A DNA stretch of 64,000 nucleotides from Bdellovibrionales bacterium (GTDB lineage: Bacteria > Bdellovibrionota > Bdellovibrionia > Bdellovibrionales > JAGQZY01). Position numbers and translations under genes: made by a program. Below the pieces are notes generated by a model. That model ran no database searches. It was not told the DNA's origin and saw nothing but the letters and a program-made list of their open reading frames with translations. This document shows, one piece after another, positions 59,046 through 64,000 of the stretch (position 1 is its first letter; every line of letters starts with the position of its first letter). Where the stretch lies: positions 1 to 64,000 of the forward strand of contig JANPLN010000067.1 of NCBI GenBank assembly GCA_031426555.1, written 5' to 3'.

Positions 59046-60547
59046 GAAGTTCTCCATGCATGCACCCAAGGATTGGCCGAGGACTGTCGGGAATCAGCCC
59101 CACCTGATATTTTCACAGTGAGCACAGACTTTTCCACCAAAAGATTTTCCTGCTCCGTCAGTGGCTGCGACTTGGCCCCTGCGGAAAAATGCGTTTGAAT
59201 AAAATTCGTCGTTAAACTTCCATCGACAAATTCTGGATGCTGGAGCATCTCCACTAAAAATGGAATATTTGTTTTAACGCCAAAGATGACGGTTTCTTTA
59301 AGCGTTTCGATCATTTTCATAATAGCCCGTGGACGACTCTCATCCCATACAATCACTTTTGCGATCATCGAGTCGTAATAAGGAGTGATGGGGTCGCCAG
59401 CTTCAAAACCATAATCAAAACGTCGACCGGGTCCATCGGGAAATTTTTGAAAAAGGATTTCGCCCGTTGATGGTACTCCAGGTGTAAAGGGATCCTCCGC
59501 ACAAATTCGGCACTCAATAGCGTGCCCACGGGGTTTCAGTTTGTCTTGCGACCAAAGAGCCGTGCGACTCATCATTGTCAGAATTTGGGCTTTCACTAAA
59601 TCCACACCCATCACCATCTCTGTGACCGGATGCTCAACCTGTAAACGCGTATTCATTTCCATAAAATAATACTGGCCCTTTTGCACCAAAAACTCCACGG
59701 TGCCAGCGCCCACGTAATTCACTTTTTTGGCCAAACGCACCGCCGCCGCCAAAATTTTCTCGCGCATTTCGGGATCTAATGTTGTTGCGATGGATTCCTC
59801 GATCACTTTTTGATGCCGACGTTGAGCCGAGCAATCGCGCTCGTACAAATGCACAACTTGTCCCGCCAGATCGCCAAATACTTGCACCTCAATGTGTTTT
59901 GCCTCATCTAAATATTTTTCCAAGAATACTTGGCTAGATCCAAACGCGCTCTGCGCCTCGCGCTGTGCGGATTTTATTAATTCTTCGGCTTCTTTGTAGT
60001 CGCGAACAATTTTCATACCCCGACCGCCGCCGCCAGCCGCCGCTTTTACAATAACGGGATAGCCAATTTTTTCACACTCGCGCATCAAAAAATTGCTGTC
60101 TTGGTTCTCACCGTTGTAACCGGGAATGGTGGGTATTTTTTCTTCCTGAACAAAAGTCTTCGCAGTGATTTTATCACCCAAGTCGCGGATAGCTTGCGGC
60201 CAGGGGCCGATAAACGTAATTTTATTATCTAAGCACGCCTGTGCAAAATCCGCGTTTTCCGACAAAAAGCCAAAACCAGGATGAACGGCATCTGCGCCGC
60301 AACTCAAAATACCCTGGATGTTATTGTCGATGGATAGATAACTTTTACTCAGCTCTGCGGGACCGATACAAACGGTTTCGTCGCTGAGTCGAAAGGCCCG
60401 CGTTCGAGTGTCGGCCTCTGAGTGCAAAAGAACTGTTTTAATTCCCAGTTCTTGGCACGCGCGAATCACCCGCACAGCCACTTCGCCGCGGTTGGCAATG
60501 GCCACTTTTTTAATTTCCTTCATTGAGGGTGTCATGACAGAATTCAT
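59042..60547 (-). CDS. Biotin carboxylase subunit (MCC alpha-like)
   Basis: IANRGE, HPGFGFLSEN, GGGGRGM, QRRHQKV and EMNTRLQVEH motifs. Confidence 0.93.
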   Translation of the reverse strand: MNSVMTPSMKEIKKVAIANRGEVAVRVIRACQELGIKTVLLHSEADTRTRAFRLSDETVCIGPAELSKSYLSIDNNIQGILSCGADAVHPGFGFLSENADFAQACLDNKITFIGPWPQAIRDLGDKITAKTFVQEEKIPTIPGYNGENQDSNFLMRECEKIGYPVIVKAAAGGGGRGMKIVRDYKEAEELIKSAQREAQSAFGSSQVFLEKYLDEAKHIEVQVFGDLAGQVVHLYERDCSAQRRHQKVIEESIATTLDPEMREKILAAAVRLAKKVNYVGAGTVEFLVQKGQYYFMEMNTRLQVEHPVTEMVMGVDLVKAQILTMMSRTALWSQDKLKPRGHAIECRICAEDPFTPGVPSTGEILFQKFPDGPGRRFDYGFEAGDPITPYYDSMIAKVIVWDESRPRAIMKMIETLKETVIFGVKTNIPFLVEMLQHPEFVDGSLTTNFIQTHFSAGAKSQPLTEQENLLVEKSVLTVKISGGADSRQSSANPWVHAWRTS

Positions 60548-61320
60548 ACTGACCTCCAGCTGGGAGAACGCTTTTCTAAAAAGCCTTTAATTCCCTCTTG
60601 CCCCTCAGTGCCAACTCGTAGTTTAGCAATCAGGTCAGTTGTTTGTTTTTTTAATTTTGCAGATGACGACTCTCTTGCGATTTTTCTAAGCAGAGATTTT
60701 GTTTCGCGAACCGCTTGCGGTCCGTTGGCCAAAAAAGATTTGTTCAACTTTTCTAAAACAACTTGAGGTTGGCTTGTCACTTCGTGCACGAGGCCCATGT
60801 CTTTTGCTTGTTGAGCCGTAAAAACCTCTCCGCTCAAAAACCAACGACTCATTTGTGAAAGCTCCATTTTGTTTTTAACAAAGGCGCTGATGACGGCTGG
60901 GGACAGTCCCAGTTTGACTTCACTAAAACAAAATTCTGTCTTTTCGTGTGCGACCACAATGTCACAAACGGCAAGTAAACCCAGGGCTCCGCCCATGGCA
61001 TGCCCCTGCGCCACCCCAATGAGTGGACAAGGCAGGTCGTACATCGCCTGAAACATATCAAAGAGTTTTTCAGCATCTTTTTTATTTTGTGCGCGGCTAA
61101 AGCTGAACATGGATTTCATCCACGCTAAATCAGCGCCGGCACAAAAGCTCTCACCCTCACCCGACAGCACCACACATCTGACGTCTTTGTTCTTCTTTAG
61201 ATCTTTAAAAGCTAACGTCAGCTCGGAAATCATCTCGGGATGAAATGCATTTCGCACCTGGGGGCGGTTGAGCGAAACATGTAAAATTGTTTTATCGTTT
61301 TTTACTATTAGTGTCTTCAT
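60544..61320 (-). CDS. liuC: Enoyl-CoA hydratase (methylglutaconyl-CoA hydratase-like)
   Basis: LNRPQVRNAF, FCAGADL and SEVKLGL motifs; liu operon context. Confidence 0.85.
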   Translation of the reverse strand: MKTLIVKNDKTILHVSLNRPQVRNAFHPEMISELTLAFKDLKKNKDVRCVVLSGEGESFCAGADLAWMKSMFSFSRAQNKKDAEKLFDMFQAMYDLPCPLIGVAQGHAMGGALGLLAVCDIVVAHEKTEFCFSEVKLGLSPAVISAFVKNKMELSQMSRWFLSGEVFTAQQAKDMGLVHEVTSQPQVVLEKLNKSFLANGPQAVRETKSLLRKIARESSSAKLKKQTTDLIAKLRVGTEGQEGIKGFLEKRSPSWRSV

Positions 61321-62915
61321 TACATCCTCAAAACGCCCTGGCCAGTGGGTGCCCATGGCGAATTAAAACTGGCACTCAATCCCAACGCAAGCACCTTGCG
61401 CGTGTCGCGAGGATCGATGATCCCATCATCCCACAAGCGGGCCGTCGAGTAATAGGCCGAGCTTTCATTTTCGTATTTTTTTAAAATTGGCTCTTTAAAC
61501 TTTTTCTGTTCGTCAGCAGACATTTGCGTATCTTGCTCTAATTTCACCGTCAAAAGAACATTGGCCGCTTGTTCTCCACCCATCACGGAAATGCGCGCGT
61601 TGGGCCACATCCAGAGTTGGCGTGGCTGGAAAGCGCGCCCACACATTCCATAATTTCCTGCGCCGTAGGAGCCGCCAATGATCACCGTGAATTTGGGAAC
61701 AGACGCATTGCTCACTGCCATCACCATTTTAGCGCCGTGTTTGGCGATGCCTTCGTTTTCGTACTTTTGCCCCACCATAAAGCCGGTGATGTTTTGCAGA
61801 AAGACGAGAGGAATTCTTCGCTGCTCACACAGCTCAATAAAGTGCGTCGCTTTGAGAGCGGACTCACTAAAAATAACTCCGTTGTTTGCGATAATACCCA
61901 CCGGGATTCCAAAAATATGCGCAAAGCCAGTGACGATGGTGGTCGCGTAGTTTTGTTTGAACTCATGAAAGTCGCTGCCATCCACAATTCGCGCAATCAC
62001 TTCGTGCACGTCAAAGGGTTGCCGAGAGTCCTCTGGAATCAAACCTAAGATTTCATCGCGAGCATACTCTGGCTCTTGAATAGCTTTCAACACGACAGGC
62101 ATCAGACGTTTACGGTTGAGGTGCGACACGATGTCGCGACAAATTAGAATGGCGTCGGCATCATCTTCAGCAAAATGATCCGTCACTCCGCTGACCGAGC
62201 AGTGCACCTGAGCCCCGCCCAAATCCTGGGCCGAGACCACTTCTCCCGTCGCCGCTTTCACAAGAGGGGGTCCGCCCAAAAAGATGGTGCCATTGTTTTT
62301 TACAATGATGTTTTCGTCGCTCATGGCCGGCACATAGGCACCGCCAGCAGTGCAGCTTCCCATGACCACCGCAATCTGTGGGATCCCTAAAGCCGACATT
62401 CTCGCTTGATTATAAAAAATTCGGCCAAAGTGATCGCGATCTGGAAACACCTCATCCTGTTTTGGCAAAAACGCGCCACCACTGTCCACAAGATAAATAC
62501 AAGGGAGGCCATTTTCCAAGGCCACTTCTTGGGCGCGAAGATGCTTTTTCACTGTCATCGGAAAGTAAGTTCCCCCTTTGACGGTGGCATCATTGCTGAC
62601 CACTACACACTCTTGGCCCGAAATCATTCCAATTCCCGTGACAACACCAGCGCTGGGGGCCGCACCTTCGTACAACTCCCATGCGGCCAAAACCGAAAAT
62701 TCTAAAAACTGACTGCCCGGATCGATCAAATTTTGAATTCGCTCGCGAGCCGTCATTTTTCCGCGGGCCTTGTGCTTTTTTACAGCATCAACACCGCCAC
62801 CCGCATGGGCTTTATCGAGATTTTTCTGCAGCTCGAGAACCAAGGACTTCATCCACTTTTGATTTTGTTGAAACTCTTCGCTACCGGTGGAGAGATTCGA
62901 TGTTAAAAATGGCAT
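61320..62915 (-). CDS. liuB: Methylcrotonyl-CoA carboxylase beta (carboxyltransferase) subunit
   Basis: [45 protein letters not shown] and ARLWDDG motifs. Confidence 0.93.
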   Translation of the reverse strand: MPFLTSNLSTGSEEFQQNQKWMKSLVLELQKNLDKAHAGGGVDAVKKHKARGKMTARERIQNLIDPGSQFLEFSVLAAWELYEGAAPSAGVVTGIGMISGQECVVVSNDATVKGGTYFPMTVKKHLRAQEVALENGLPCIYLVDSGGAFLPKQDEVFPDRDHFGRIFYNQARMSALGIPQIAVVMGSCTAGGAYVPAMSDENIIVKNNGTIFLGGPPLVKAATGEVVSAQDLGGAQVHCSVSGVTDHFAEDDADAILICRDIVSHLNRKRLMPVVLKAIQEPEYARDEILGLIPEDSRQPFDVHEVIARIVDGSDFHEFKQNYATTIVTGFAHIFGIPVGIIANNGVIFSESALKATHFIELCEQRRIPLVFLQNITGFMVGQKYENEGIAKHGAKMVMAVSNASVPKFTVIIGGSYGAGNYGMCGRAFQPRQLWMWPNARISVMGGEQAANVLLTVKLEQDTQMSADEQKKFKEPILKKYENESSAYYSTARLWDDGIIDPRDTRKVLALGLSASFNSPWAPTGQGVLRM

Positions 62916-63092
62916 GCAACCCCCGAGAATTAAACCCCAGATCCTAAGATCGAGGTGAGATAAAAAGTTAAGTTATAGTCTGTCCTCGACAATTTCAAGC
63001 CGCGTCAATGCTTTTGCAACGTATCAGTTTTCTCTTGGGACACTTGGGTTTTTTGGTATAAGCTAAAAGCAGTCTTCGAAAGTTGAGGTCCC

Positions 63093-63557
63093 ATGAAATA
63101 TCTAAGTCTTGCCATGTTGGCGGTCATCGTTACTTTGAGCTGGTTTTTAATCAAATCGCCTGCGGATTTAACGGCCGAACAGCATGCACGTCTGCAAGAA
63201 GTTCTGAAAGAATATCTTGCCTCATACCTCAAGGAAACCAGTCCCACAGCCTCCACTATCGAAGACGCCCAGGTCGTGACCCGGGTGATCGAGCGCGGTA
63301 AAAAAATGCAGGCTCAGTTTAAATTTTTCTACACCATCGCCGGCGAAAATGGCTCTTCCAACAAAATTGCCCGCGAAGGTCTCTTTTTACTGACTTCAGA
63401 AAACGGCAATGATTGGACTGCCAAAATGGAAAAAATTAACGATACCTATGTGGAGTTCTCAGACGCTCTGCAAATTTCTTTGAGCTCTCCCGCCCCTGCA
63501 GAAGAGGGCGCACCTGCTGAAGAGCCTGCGGCACCTGCCAAAGCCAAAGGCCACTGA
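63093..63557 (+). CDS. Exported/membrane-anchored hypothetical protein
   Basis: GAGG RBS, hydrophobic N-terminus and Pro/Ala/Glu tail. Confidence 0.75.
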   Translation: MKYLSLAMLAVIVTLSWFLIKSPADLTAEQHARLQEVLKEYLASYLKETSPTASTIEDAQVVTRVIERGKKMQAQFKFFYTIAGENGSSNKIAREGLFLLTSENGNDWTAKMEKINDTYVEFSDALQISLSSPAPAEEGAPAEEPAAPAKAKGH

Positions 63558-63562
63558 ATATT

Positions 63563-64000
63563 GTGAATGCAACGCCAGTAGCTGATTCTCCAAAAATCAT
63601 CGCCCTCGACGAAGAGGGCTTTTTTATTCTTTCCGGCGACGTTCGCCTGGCCGACCCCCGAGAAGGGAAATCCCTTCTACAAAATCTTTCTATGGACGAA
63701 CGTGGCGGCTGTTGGACGACCTGGGACGGCGAGACTCTGCTCGTAGAACCTTTTGATAAACCACTGGTCGCGCAACAAATCGAAAAAACGGCAAACGAAA
63801 TACACCTGCTCGCGCCCTATGGCTTCCAAGCGGTGATCCGTTTGGACTCATTGTGTTTGGACGAGTGGGATCGCTTTCACGGTTTAACTCAAAACAACAT
63901 CCCCTTTGTTTTGAGCCGAAAAGCTCAAGCAGAATTTTTTAATTGTTTAGATGAGTTTGATGACGACAGCTTTACACTTTGGGGTAAAACCTATCCCACT
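63563..64000 (+). CDS. Hypothetical protein, truncated by the window end
   Basis: Open frame from GTG 63563 (VNATPVADSPKIIALDEEGFF…LDEWDRFHG…) to the window edge. Confidence 0.65.
   Translation, partial: MNATPVADSPKIIALDEEGFFILSGDVRLADPREGKSLLQNLSMDERGGCWTTWDGETLLVEPFDKPLVAQQIEKTANEIHLLAPYGFQAVIRLDSLCLDEWDRFHGLTQNNIPFVLSRKAQAEFFNCLDEFDDDSFTLWGKTYPT

Noticed and set aside
58671..60547. Frameshift splitting the MCC alpha subunit
   Set aside because: The clean ATGA stop/start overlap at 59042-59045 indicates a genuine two-gene arrangement.
1..64000. CRISPR arrays, tRNA/rRNA genes, prophage or defence operons
   Set aside because: No regularly spaced repeats, structural-RNA signatures or phage/defence protein motifs were recognised by eye, and intergenic gaps are short.

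Overview
Gene-dense bacterial chromosome segment in the standard code 11 (TGA acts as a stop in several ATGA overlaps). Gene content suggests a predatory Bdellovibrionota-type organism; this is inference from Tad-like genes, a YQNC-type lipoprotein, DUF4360 paralogues and a HUH/RAYT-like transposase. Housekeeping blocks: icd / mdh-sucCD-ndk-TPR-rodZ, nadE, amgK-murU-anmK, dppBC-like-nagZ, galU-priA, rpsB-tsf-pyrH-frr-uppS-cdsA-rseP-tsaB, rluD-pgeF, a DUF2520-panB-panC-coaBC-coaX-panD cluster and a liu-type (MCC / hydratase / HMG-CoA lyase) operon. Most interesting observations: (1) an unlisted 22-aa peptide with 15 Lys that has its own promoter-like boxes, AGGAGG RBS and terminator (6471-6539); (2) two secreted Gly/Ser-rich proteins sharing a C-terminal motif, downstream of a large TadG-like pilin gene and behind a sigma28-like promoter (21133-25328); (3) an identical 13-bp upstream motif at the same distance from two secreted-protein genes; (4) a second unlisted small basic ORF (34074-34205); (5) a DUF4360 gene broken by one in-frame TGA. 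No rRNA, tRNA or CRISPR array was recognised.
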